DNA from: Fistulifera solaris
Taxonomy: Eukaryota
Length of the DNA: 64,000 nucleotides
NCBI GenBank assembly: GCA_030295235.1
Contig: AP026134.1
Span: 62,001 to 126,000, forward strand
Reading direction: 5' to 3'
Shown piece by piece: positions 25,825-38,053 of the stretch (position 1 is the first letter of the stretch; every line of letters begins with the position of its first letter). The notes below the pieces were generated by a model, which searched no databases, had not been told where the DNA came from, and saw nothing but the letters and a program-made list of their open reading frames with translations. A program made the translations under genes and the position numbers.

Positions 25825-26609
25825 TGTTGTTTTGTACTTTGAAAAGCGAAAGGATACGTTGCTGCTTGGTTTTCTGTAATTCAAAGTCGACAACACGTCA
25901 AGAAATGCGACGTACTAGTTCCTCGTTATGATGGACACTACCTGTTATTATGGTAACCGAGTAGCAGGTCTCCGCTTGTTGCCTGCTCGCGTCACTACTT
26001 TGTATTGATTTGCTGCTGGTCTCGGTCCTCGGTCAATACAAGTAGGTGCGGTGCGGTACCGGTACCGGATCATTTTCAATCGTGACTATGATGTCATCGT
26101 TGTACAACGAGAAACGAGAACATCAATCGTCAAAAACGTGGGCGTAAAAAAAGCGCGACGACGACACAGCATCCATTATTTTTCCTTTTGACGCCTTTTT
26201 TTCGTCTTGTGGTGCCTGCCTGACCTCAAAGACGCGGAATGAATCTTGTGTTCCACAGCGTTTCTCGCAACAGCAAACAGATAGACATCTATATAATACT
26301 CCCTTAATCGATTTGTTTTCGCGCAGTGTCGCGTACCATGGGGAAACGAAATGGACTCTCTTTGCATCGCAAGTCCACACTATTGTATACAGCGTCTCGG
26401 TGCAAGTAGCAATCGACTTCTATAAATAGTTATCCATCACCTTACTACCCTGTTTAAAAATAATTCAAACTCTACGAGTCAATATCACCAGCGTTCACGT
26501 CATCCTCATTGCATTGGCCTCGATACCATGTATCCTCTACCCAACCGTACTCAATACTTATAAACAAGGAAACAAAGTCGTCGAAGGACAGCACTACAAG
26601 GCCAGTACC

Positions 26610-27046
26610 TTAAACCGCGCCTTTGCCTTTGCCCTTTCCTTTACCCTTTCCTTTTCCTCCTTTGCCCTTTCCTTTGCCGGAATCGGTTCCGCCTTTACCC
26701 TTTCCTTTACTGGTGTCGGTTCCTCCTTTGCCCTTTCCCTTACCAGAGTCGTCGCTTCCCTTGCCTTTTCCAGAATTGGTTCCTCCTTTACCTTTTCCTT
26801 TACCAGAGTCGGTTCCTCCCTTGCCTTTTCCTTTACCAGAGTCGGTTCCTCCCTTGCCTTTTCCTTTACCATGGTCAAGGCGACGCAAGTTCTTATGGGA
26901 ATGTTAACGAACCTCGTTGAGAACGAGCCTTATGATAATGCATCCGACCAACTTTGATCACTCACCATCTGTTCGCCGTCATTGTCTGCTGCGATTGCCA
27001 ATGCGGCCACAATGCCGACGATTAAAAAGTTAAAAAGACCCTTCAT
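26610..27046 (-). CDS. Secreted Gly/Lys-rich tandem-repeat protein with RRL processing site (silaffin-like candidate), 120 aa; intron 26892-26965
   Basis: Spliced translation MKGLFNFLIVGIVAALAIAADNDGEQM|NLRRLDH(GKGKGKGGTDS)n...GKGKGKGAV*; GTGAG donor and AAG acceptor keep the frame. Confidence 0.82.
26613..26870 (-). repeat. 33-nt coding tandem repeat (GKGKGKGGTDS), about 6 units plus a terminal (GK)n tract
   Basis: Recurrent ccttttcctttaccagagtcggttcctcc blocks on the + strand. Confidence 0.92.
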
Positions 27047-27717
27047 AATAGGATTCTGTTTGAAATGCGATCAAAAGAATTCGGAAAGCTTAGAGAGTTA
27101 GACATCAACGGACGGTGAGGAAACAAGAATTGTGAGATCCTCTTCCCTTGAGTATATTTTGAACCCAAGTGAAAACGAAGTGCTTCGCAATAAGAGAATA
27201 CAAACAACAATACTCCGAGCGATGCGAACTCTTTGTAGTGCTGTTGAGAACACCGGGGCATAAAAGACCTTAGTTGGGTGTCATAGGGTTGACATTCGCA
27301 ATCCGAAAAGTGGGGACTCTTGACTCCCGCTTCCTATCTGTTCGAGATGTAACAGTCTCGGCCGCATAAACTAGTGGAATGCGGCCGACAAAGGTTAGTC
27401 AAAACAATTATAGTAATTTCTACGGCATAAATAAATACGGCGTGGTTTACTGTGACGGGCTTGGAGACATAGTAGTTGCTCCTTTAACGGAAACTAGTGC
27501 GTCATGCATGAGGTCTGAATAAGTTCTCTCAGTCGTGGTCTTCTAAGAGCCTCAGCAATTAGCTAGCTACCCGGTAGCTTCCCTTGTCGCACTTCCATAC
27601 TCCTTCCAGGATCCGGGAGGACAGGCGATCAAAGAAGTAAGTGATTTTTAACTTGGATTATGTGTAAATGTTATACGTGCATGTTGCGCCAATAGACATG
27701 ATAAGGCATGAAGTTGC

Positions 27718-30460
27718 TTAAAAGTTGTCCAATTCCCACGAATCGATATCTTCAATATGTAAATCATTAATCGCCACCGCATTGGTCTCGATGCGATAGT
27801 GCAACGGTGCTGTCTCGGACAGTGGTGCAACACTCACATCATCGTTCTCCGACAAGTCGTCACTATCCTCCGTACAAACTGCTGCTTCAACATGAACCAC
27901 GCATCCGGGTGTAATTTCTTCTTGAATAAGCATGCGACTCAACTTTGTGACAACCGTCGATTCAATGTAGCGTTCAACGGGACGAGCTCCGTACTTTGGA
28001 TCGTACGATTCGGCCAAAATCATCCGAGCTCCATCTTGTTCCAAAACAAGAACAATACCCTTGGAAAGAAGACGATTGTGGACATTTTGTATGGCTTTGT
28101 GAACAATTTTTTCGAGTTGATTTGTTCCTAGGGCATTGAAGATCACCATACATGAAAGACGGTTTAAAAACTCTGGTGTAAACGTTCTCTGTGCTTCCAG
28201 CATGACTTGAGCACGAGCTTCCTTCTTCTTTCCATGACTTCCAAGCATGTGCTGAGAACCGACGTTCGATGTCAGAATAACAACTGTATTACGAAAATCA
28301 ATCATGCGACCTTTGGAGTCTGTCAGACGCCCTTCATCCATGATTTGAAGCAAGACGGTCAATACACGAGAATGAGCTTTTTCAATTTCGTCGAATAAAA
28401 CCACAGTGTACGGTTTACGACGAACGGCTTCGGTCAGTTGTCCGCCCTCGTCGTGTCCGATGTACCCAGGGGGTGAACCTGTTAAGCGAGCCACCGAATG
28501 TGACTCAGAATACTCGCTCATGTCGATGCGAACCAAATGCCTTTCATCGCCGTCATACAATTCACTAAATAAAGCTTTCGACAATTCCGTTTTGCCGACA
28601 CCTGTAGGCCCGAGGAACATAAAGAACCGGTAGGTTGTGACTCGCGAGCCAAACCAGCTTTAGACCGAAGGATGCATTCGGTGACGGCATGAATGGCCTC
28701 ATCTTGTCCCACAACGCGTTCACGTAAACGTTGGTCTAAATTCAAAAGCCTCGACTTTTCCGTTTGGGACAATTTGGCGACAGGTATACCAGTCCAACGT
28801 GAAATAATTTCTGTAATCTCTTGCTCCGTAACATCTTCATTACAATTGTCACCTTCCCCTTTTCGAGACTTATTTTCCGCTTCGATCTTGTTCAGTTGTT
28901 TCTGCGTGGCCGGAATGGCTCCATACTTTAAGTCAACCGCTCTATTGTAATCCCCGTTTCTTTCGGCTGATGCTGCCTTGAATTCCAACGCTGCAAGCTT
29001 TTCCTTGACAGCCTTCAATTTTTCTGCTCGTCCGAGATCGGCCTTCCATTTTTCATTCAGAGGTTCCAAATCTTCGTTCAATTTTACAATTTCATCTTCT
29101 ATATGGGAAAGCTTTCTCGTGGATGGCGTTTTCTTTTGACGCTTCAGTGCGATCGCTTCAATTTCAAATGTAGGATTCGCCGTTCCAGCTGATCAATTCG
29201 TTCTGGTCGACTATCAAGAATAGTCCTTTTCCTTGCACCTGCTTCGTCGATCAAATCAATGCTCTTGTCCGGATTGAACCGATAGTTGATGTAGCGATCT
29301 GACAGCTTGGCAGCTGCTATAACGGCACTATCGGTGATATGAATAGCATGGTGTGTCTCGTATTTGTCCACCAAGCCACGAAGCATAGAAACGGCATCAC
29401 GAACACACGGTTCGTCTACTATTACCTTTTGGAAACGTCTCTCAAATGCAGAATCTTTTTCGATGTATTTTCGGTACTCCTGGAGTGTTGTGGCACCAAT
29501 CATTTTCAATTCACCCTTTGCTAACATGGGCTTGAGCAGGTTTGCCGCGTCCATAGAACCACTGCACCTACCCGCACCAAGTGTAAGATGAATTTCATCC
29601 ACAAAAAGAACAATACGGCCTTCTGCTTGTTTGACTTCTTCCAATACGAGTCGTAGACGTTCTTCAAACTCCCCCCGATATGTGGTACCTGCCACGAGCG
29701 CTCCCATATCCAAAGTACGCAAGGCAACATCCTTGATGGTTTCCGGCACATCACCGTCAACAAGACGGCGAGCAAATCCGTCTACCACGGACGTTTTGCC
29801 TGTGCCTGGTTCGCCCACCAAGACAGGATTGCTCTTCGTGCGTCGAGCGAGAATTTGAATCAATCGTCGAATTTCTTCGTCGCGTCCGATCACGGGATCC
29901 AACTTCCCCTCTTCGGCTAGTTTTCGCATGTCAATTCCATACTTTTCGAGCGCTTCAAACTTATCTTTTAACACTGGAGGGACACTTCTGGGGTTCTTCA
30001 AAATCTGGCTAAGCGTTGTTTTCAAGGTTTTCTCATTGAGAATTCCCTTCAGTGCTACTTTAGCTTCACGATCTTCATACAATGCAATCAAGAGGTGATT
30101 CGGTGCTACGAGAACATCACCATTGACCTTAGATAGTTTTGTGGCATATTCCAGCCACAGAGAAAAGATGCTTGAGAACGTTACTTCGCCAGGGATCTCT
30201 GGACAAGCAAGCTTCTTCAAAATAGCTTTCTGAATACTTTGTCGCACCAGATAAATATCACACGATGCTCGAAGACAAACTCTGGCTCCAATGGAGTCTT
30301 CTCTATGAAACAGTACGCGTGCTAGATGAATTGGATCGACCTTCGAGTGGCCATGATCACGAGCAGTTACACGAGCTTCGTCGATTGCTTTCTGCGACGC
30401 ATTAGAGATATTATTGTTGTTTTCTGCCATTTTGTTATTTTTGTTGGCCTCGTATTTCAT
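27718..30460 (-). CDS. clpB: ClpB/Hsp101 disaggregase, divergent paralog; frameshifts ~29150 and ~28620
   Basis: Clp N-domain, [14 protein letters not shown], Walker A GEPGTGKT, Walker [20 protein letters not shown]-domain [11 protein letters not shown]2 [31 protein letters not shown]. Confidence 0.9.
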
Positions 30461-31265
30461 CTTGCGTGACTTGAGAAGAAGCGGGTTCTCTTTTGAAATT
30501 TACGAGCGAATCAAAATTGACGAATATATAGAGGTCTGCAGAACCGAGTTCGTTACTAGCGCGAGCAAAGGGTCTGTCTAGGAAGATCACTTGTGCCGAT
30601 AGATTCTGTCAAAACTTGTTTGCTTTCAAAGGTCAATAGCTCTATTCCTTCGAAGTTACACATGTACCATCACATGTTTCAATTTCGTTTTCACACAGTC
30701 TCCAACAAACTATTATTCACCGGCAGTCAACCTGGTATTCCACACGCCTTGGGGACTCCCATGCCGGTTAGAAATAAAGTACAACAGTAAACAAACAATA
30801 AACTGACGGACACGCTCGTGCTCTCTTTTCTGTTCTGCTATAGTACGTTGTCGCTCTCGTGATTGTTGATGTCGGTCTCCTCGTCAGAGCCTGCGGCAAT
30901 CTCTTGAGCTGTTTCTGCTGTACCATTCGGATTAGACTTCCGATTACCGGGATCCTGGTCACGAGCCTTGCAACAAGCTTGAATGATTTGGAATCATTTG
31001 TGCTTGCATCACCGCCGTCGCGTGAAACGAAAATCATCGCACGCCGAGCACACTTCCTCTCAAAAATCATCCCGAGCCGTCACACCGTGCACTTGTTGTA
31101 AATAAAACACATGTGTGGGAATTCCACTACCGATCGAGGACCACCATTTGTCATCGCGAAAGACAAACCCCAAAACGAAAGCGACACCAGTGTTCTGCGA
31201 TCAACGGAAGACACGTAATCCTGCGGGGTCGTTTCGCGAGGGGCATATTGGGAGTTTTCGCATTT

Positions 31266-31648
31266 TTATACTACGTATTGCGCTTGCAGCAGAACGACAA
31301 GTAATTGTATTGTGACGTATAGCCCCATGCAATTGAGTTGATAGCCATCCTGTCGACATTCCGCAATCATATGCTTCGCAACAAAAGCCATCAATTCTTT
31401 CGCATTGTCCGTAATGGCGGGAAAGACGTGTACTTTCGTTGGTTCGGCGAAGAAAGGATCGTTCTTTTTCGTTCTGTGAGCGTACGGAGAGTTCTTGTCC
31501 ATATAATCGACCATGTTGATTTCCGTTTGATAAAACGCGCCCCCGTTATGGGGTTGGCCAAGAGCTCTGGATCTCGAATCGACTGCGCGGTCCGCGAATT
31601 TTCTTCCGCAGTGCCTCTTCTGTCAACAATATTGCACATTGTACGCAA
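31266..31648 (-). CDS. Possible small hypothetical protein (two overlapping frames)
   Basis: Overlapping ORFs 31391-31648 and 31266-31514; upstream TATA-like tatatacag and a (CA/CT)n tract; no recognisable domain. Confidence 0.3.
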
Positions 31649-32243
31649 CTGTGGTTGCTTCTACTTTGCCCCAATGCTTTTCTTTTTACGTTAGTTTCAT
31701 AAAAATACCATGCACGCAATTGTTTGTCCTTGTTGCGGCAACTGTATATAGCGGCCGCAAAAAAGCCGGCTTATTGCCGAGAGGTCGTGGGTGTGTGAGT
31801 GTGTGAGTGAGTGTGTGTGAGTGACTTTGTCAACAAGGCTCCAACGGACGCTTTTTGCTAATTCATGCTACTCCATCCTGCCGTGAACGGTTGGCGTCCG
31901 CTGCAAAAACCTCGTCATGATCGTCTCTACGAGAATGAATGATGAGGTTGTGACGTTTGTGAAAAATGAAAACGCGTGTTGTTTCGTGATGAAAACGGGT
32001 GTCGACGTGTGGTGGAAAAACTGCTGCCAAGACTCGGGTATACTTCACACGATCGTTTAAGAAAAAAACGCCATTGGCGAGCCGGGCTATCCAAATCTTG
32101 TTTGACACGATCCGTGCTCTGTTCGTTGCACACGGATCTGACGTCATCCTGGACTGCCAAAAAGAAACGCAACAATGAGACGATAAACCATATCTCTTGT
32201 TGTTATTTGTATAGACACAAAAAGCCAAACAATTCAAGTAACA

Positions 32244-34052
32244 ATGAACTTCAAAATCTATTATAATGCCTTTCTGCCGTTCTGTGTACTTAGCAGTAGA
32301 GCTCATGCCTTTTATTCGACGAAAACATCCTTCCGACCGCCTTTGTTCGTCGCCCCGTCGAACGATCTACTAGATGAGGCTTTCTCGACCAAATCGTGGT
32401 TGACGGTCGAATGGCAAGGATGGAGTACAGTGACAGCAGGCAGTAATCAACGCAACGTTCTGGCGGCTGTTTTGACGGCGCTCGATGACAAGAATACACC
32501 ACGTCCCGCTCTGGTGTTACCACTCGAGGATCGTTCGCAACAACAATTATTGCAAGCCGTTCACTCACGGAAACCTTTGACGCCGTTGCGACTGTTGCGT
32601 TTAAATGCGTATGCGATCAATCGCGATAACGGCCTTTTTGATCAGTTACCGTATCAACTGTGGACCGTCGATCCTAACAATGTATGGAAAGATGCGGCCG
32701 GAAATCCGACGCAGTATCATGGTGGGAAAAAGAAGCGTATCAATGGTTCTTGGGAAAAGACTGGAAAAACATGCTTCGTCTAACCAACAACAACAAAAGG
32801 AACAAGACAACGATTCACTCAACTGGACCGTGTTACAAAAACGCATGACGGAATTGCAACGACAAGAATGGGAAATGGAATTGGCGGACTTGGAACAACA
32901 ATTTGCTTTAGCCAATCAGCAGGGGACACCGTACGATGACAAGTTGCAAATTCGTCGTATTCAGCTTCAAGAACAGTTGCAAGCCACTGACGTCGTTTCT
33001 ACATCGTCCATCGAGACTAATCCTTCCATCGACATGTCGTCGTCGTCGTCGTCGACGTACTCCAGTCCCTATGATATGTTTCGAGATTTGTTGCAACATC
33101 AAATGAAGGCAGAAGTCATTGCGACGGTTCTAGAAAATACGAGTTTTCTTGATGGTAATCTAGTTTTGGGAGGTGCGATTGTCTTGCGACGGATCGTGGC
33201 GACGCAGACGGTCACCCTCTTTGGAGAAAGGGTCTCGGTTCCGGACAGGACCGAAACGTACGGAAACCCCGACCAAATCGGTGGAACCACCCTCATTGTG
33301 GAATGTCATGCCGATGAAGCCATTGGTATGAGTCTCGCGTGTCAGTTGCCGTGTCAAATCGATGCAGCTTTGTGGAAAAAAGCGAGTGTTATGGTAACGC
33401 CGACCTCCCTACGCGAATGGACCGTGCAAGACTCGGAATTGTCTGTCTTAATGGAAGGAGAAGCCTTGCAGAATGCGACGTCGGAACGTGCACTGCCGCT
33501 ACGGCTTCCCAGGAGTACGCTATCGTTATACGACCGAATCCTAGCGCCGCGTCGTTCCTCGACACCCTTGTTTCCGACCGACAATCCCATACAGTCGTTG
33601 CAGCAGTACGATGCATTGACGACACAAGACAAGGTTCGAACACTGTTGGGACTTTCCAACTTTGAGGGACGATTGCCTCGTCCGCGAACAGTACGAGAGA
33701 ATCCAGCGGCACTGGATGAGTTGTTATTGCCGTTGATTGATGAATCGGTACGATGGCAGTATCGAATGCGAGATGCCCAAGTAAGAGGCGACACAGTTAT
33801 GGTGGAAACCTTGTTGCAACAAAAAGTCGAAAACAAGTGGCTTTGGAAAAGGCACAAGCGGAAACTAGGAATGCCACGTACTGGACCGAAGAAGCAAATT
33901 TCTTGGCTAGTCTTCGTGCCGATCCAACCCAAGACGAAGGCAGTTATTCGCGATTCCTTGATCGAGATGAATGGTACGAGCGACAACGTCAAGAACAGTC
34001 CAAACGAGTGAAACGCAGCCAATTTGGGTCTCTACTGGATGGGATTGAGTGA
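32244..34052 (+). CDS. Hypothetical protein, probably plastid-targeted; frameshifts ~32735 and ~33825
   Basis: Signal-like N-terminus ending RAHAF; ORFs 32244-32783, 32605-34011 and 33753-34052 tile; C-terminus RADPTQDEGSYSRFLDRDEWYERQR. Confidence 0.65.
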
Positions 34053-34110
34053 GAAAGGCGAACCAAAATGTACGTCTAATGTATTATTGTGGATGCAAAT
34101 AAGACCACAA

Positions 34111-34797
34111 TCATGTTTCTGGATTCTTTTGCAGGGCTTCCTCGATCCTTTCTTTCATGCCAACCACTTCGGGGGCATATTTGCCGTCGCGGCACGTTCG
34201 ATGATTTCGCGTGCTTCTCTCAATTCTGCCTCGATATCTCCATCCGTATTCCCTTTTAGAAGAAATCCGTGAGCAGTTGTTGGCAGACCAATTCACAACG
34301 AAAAAGGTGTTTGAACGAGACTCACCGTCTGGGGCATCGACCGCAAATGCTCGTAGCTGAGCGTCGATTTCTTCCTTGTCTTCATATATTGCCGCCTCAT
34401 CAATAATTATGGCCGCTTGTTTCATATCTTCTTTCTCCATGGCATCCGAAATACCGTCCGGTGCCTCGACAGCGAATATTGTACGGGCATCAACGAGGAA
34501 ACGTTTCATTTTCTCAAGTTCCAAGGTAATATCATCTTTGTGCTGTTGAGACTGATCAAATAGTCGGTCAATATCGGATGAATCCGTCCACTGAATGGTG
34601 GGACGCTGAATTGCAGTCTTTTTCTGCGCATATGTTTCATGCAGCTTTTCCATGGATCGTTCAATATTGCGCGTCGATTCGATTAAGCTGTCCAAGTGCT
34701 CCAAGTATCCAGCCATGAGCTGAAGCTCGGGATCACTTGCAGCCCGTTTAGCTTGGGAATTAAGCAATCGTCGGTAAAGTCCAGGTTGTGAAAACAT
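34111..34797 (-). CDS. Hypothetical protein with repeated FAV[ED]APDG motif; likely intron ~34256-34325
   Basis: FAVEAPDGISD and FAVDAPDG|NTDGDIEAELREAREII after removing a gtgagt...aaag intron. Confidence 0.6.
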   Translation of the reverse strand: MFSQPGLYRRLLNSQAKRAASDPELQLMAGYLEHLDSLIESTRNIERSMEKLHETYAQKKTAIQRPTIQWTDSSDIDRLFDQSQQHKDDITLELEKMKRFLVDARTIFAVEAPDGISDAMEKEDMKQAAIIIDEAAIYEDKEEIDAQLRAFAVDAPDGESRSNTFFVVNWSANNCSRISSKREYGWRYRGRIERSTRNHRTCRDGKYAPEVVGMKERIEEALQKNPET

Positions 34798-35329
34798 GGT
34801 CGAAAATTCCGTGTCGGGTTTGTGCGCATGTGCTGGAGCCGAATGACAAAATGGATATCATTGTTGAGATGGTGGTGATCAAGCTTTGGCTTGATCGAAG
34901 CAACGAGAAGCTTTACATACTTGTCTAGTATGTATTCCAAGCATCACATTTTCGTCGTGTCACTCTATTTTTGCGAACCCTCCGAACTTCCTTGCTGCGA
35001 AGAATGCGAACCTAACGTCACGGTCCCGCTTCGTGGTCCCTTGTGGATCACGATACATACGTCATTGGTGGTTGCGACCTGCTTCCGAGTGGAAGTAAGA
35101 CAGGCAACTTTGTTCTATCGAATTCGATTTTGGTTTAGTCGTGTTTACCAGGGGTGACACTTCCAAGTGTCACTCCATCATCCATTCGTACTTAAACGCT
35201 TTTCTTGCGTATGGTATTCTCATCTCATTATTTTCCGAAAAGAAAAAAACGAACGCACGCATCAGACTTCTGACGAACCTGTTTGTTCATTGTTATAGAC
35301 CTTTAACACAACAAAAGAAACACATCAAC

Positions 35330-38053
35330 ATGACAGATCCTAATCGAACAGTTACCGACGCATCGGTAAAAGCAATTAACGAAGCAATCTCAACAGCCCG
35401 CGACAATGGCAGCAGTGCAGCCGATCCTATTCATCTCGCACACGTTCTCTTTCATACAGAAGACTCAATTGGTGCCAGAGTTTGTCTTCGAGTATCCTGC
35501 GACGTCAATTTGGTACGACGAAGTATTCAGAAAGCTTTGTTGAAGAAGCCCGCACAAACGCCGGCTCCACTGGAGGCATCTCCTTCGTCGTCCTTTTTCT
35601 CTTTTGTTGCAACATGCCACCAAGCTTTCCAAGGCCAACGGAGATGCCTTGGTGGCGTTGGATCACCTACTATTGGCACTTTATGAAGATCGCGAGGCTA
35701 AGAGTGCACTGGAAGAGGGTGGACTTTTAAAGCAAAAGGCGGAAACAGGTGTCAAGGAAATTCGAGGCGACTCTAAAGTGACTTCGTCCGGCGCGGAAGA
35801 TCAATACGAAGCGCTCGAAAAGTACGGTATTGATTTACGAAAATTGGCTGAAGAAGGGAAGCTCGATCCTGTCATTGGCCGCGATGAAGAGATTCGCCGA
35901 TTGATTCAAATCCTTTCTCGACGAACCAAAAACAATCCCGTATTGGTAGGCGAACCGGTACTGGTAAAACCTCCATTGTCGAAGGTTTGGCAAGGCGATT
36001 GGTGGAAGGTGATGTCCCCGAATCTATCAAAGGCGTTGCTTTGCGTACACTAGATATGGGAGCACTCGTGGCCGGTGCCAAGTACCGTGGAGAATTTGAA
36101 GAGCGACTTCGGGCCGTATTGGACGAAGTCAAGCGCGCCGAAGGCCGAATGGTTCTCTTTGTGGACGAAATTCATCTTGTTTTGGGTGCGGGCAAGACGG
36201 ACGGTGCCATGGATGCGGCAAACTTGCTCAAACCGATGCTGGCTCGTGGTGAACTGCGAATGATTGGTGCCACGACTCTCAACGAGTATCGACAACACAT
36301 TGAAAAGGATTCGGCATTTGAGAGGCGTTTTCAACCCGTCACTGTTAACGAACCATCTGTTACCGATACCATCTCCATGCTGCGCGGCTTAGTGGAACGA
36401 TACGAAGCACACCACGGTGTTCGTATCACGGATAGTGCCATTGTGGCAGCAGCCAAACTGTCGGATCGATACATCAATCATCGTTTCAATCCGGACAAGA
36501 GTATTGATCTGATTGACGAAGCAGCAGCACGGAAGCGAACTATTCTTGATAGTCGACCGGAAAGAATCGATCAACTGGAACGACAAATTCTACAATTGGA
36601 AATTGAAGCGACGGCTTTGGGTCGTGAGAAAGACAAGCAATCGAAAAAGAAGCTGTCGCAAATCCGCGAGGACATCATCAATCTGAAAGAAGAACTAGCA
36701 CCTTTGAATGAAAAATGGCAGGCGGATCGTGGACGAGCCGAAGAACTCAAGGAAGCTAAGGAACGACTTGCGACCCTGGAATTCAAAGCTGCCACAGCGG
36801 AACGGCAGGGAGATTATGAGAAAGCAGCCGATTTGAAGTACGGTGCAATTCCAGACTTGAAGGCACATTTGAAGAAGATTGAAGAAGAGGAAAAAACACG
36901 AAAGGCAGAAAGTGGCGATGAAAACGAGAACGTCACGGATCAAGATATTGCCGAAGTTATTTCTCGCTGGACTGGTATCCCCGTCAACAAACTGTCACAA
37001 ACTGAAAAGTCCAGATTGTTAAACCTAGACCAGCGTTTGCGAGAACGTGTGGTTGGACAAGATGAGGCAATCCATGTTGTTACCGATTGCATTCTTCGAT
37101 CGAAAGCTGGATTAGCCCGCGAGTCACAGCCAACGGGGAGCTTTCTGTTTTTGGGTCCCACAGGCGTGGGCAAGACTGAATTGTCGAAAGCTTTATTCAG
37201 TGAATTGTACGATGGAGATGAGAGGCACTTGGTTCGTATTGACATGAGCGAGTATTCGGAGCAGCACTCCGTGGCTCGTTTGATTGGATCGCCCCCAGGA
37301 TACGTTGGACACGATGAGGGTGGACAACTCACAGAAGCTGTTCGTCGAAAGCCGTACACCGTTGTTTTGTTCGACGAAATTGAAAAGGCGCATCCTCGTG
37401 TGTTGACGGTGTTGCTACAAATCATGGATGAAGGGCGTTTGACGGACTCCAAAGGTCGTACTGTCGACTTCCGCAATACAGTAGTGATTTTGACATCGAA
37501 CGTCGGCGCCAAGTACTTACTCAATCTCACGGAGGATTCGACGAAACGAAAAGAAGCACACGCACGTGTCATGACAGAAGTACAGAATACATTCGCACCC
37601 GAACTTTTGAACCGACTTTCTGGTTTGGTCATGTTCAATGCGTTGGGTACCACTCAGTTGGAGAAGATTGTCCACAAATCCATGCGCAATGTCCGTAAGC
37701 GTCTTCTTTCCAAGGGCATTCGCGTGATGCTCGAACCCAGTGGAGCTCAGTTGATATTGGCAGAATCGTACGATCCCAACTACGGAGCTCGTCCCGTGGA
37801 ACGTTACCTTGAATCAACGGTCGTTACAACATTGAGCCGCATGTTGATCCAAGGTGACATTACGAGTGGATGTGTGGTTCACATTGAAGCTACCGAAGCA
37901 GGAGACGATGACTCGTTTGATGATGCCAGCCATCCCTTGTCCAAGAAAGCGCGTTTGCATTATCGCGTGGAAGCCAATTCGGGAAACAGTGACATGGACG
38001 TTGATGATGATATTGATTTCAACCCGAATAACTGGGAAGGAGATGAGTTTTAG
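35330..38053 (+). CDS. clpB: ClpB/Hsp101 disaggregase, conserved paralog; frameshifts ~35605 and ~35960
   Basis: [12 protein letters not shown]..., [29 protein letters not shown] pore loop, [17 protein letters not shown]-domain, [29 protein letters not shown], acidic C-terminus. Confidence 0.93.

Noticed and set aside
26514..26957. Alternate-frame repeat ORFs (SFAFSFT..., PLPFPLP..., KEKAREEPTLV...)
   Set aside because: Shadows of the 33-nt repeat; only the GK frame joins in frame to a signal-peptide exon
30768..31070. 100-aa minus-strand ORF between the ClpB copies
   Set aside because: No domain, introns or paralog support; cannot be distinguished from chance
36940..37653. 237-aa antisense ORF over ClpB NBD2
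   Set aside because: Common antisense shadow of conserved coding sequence
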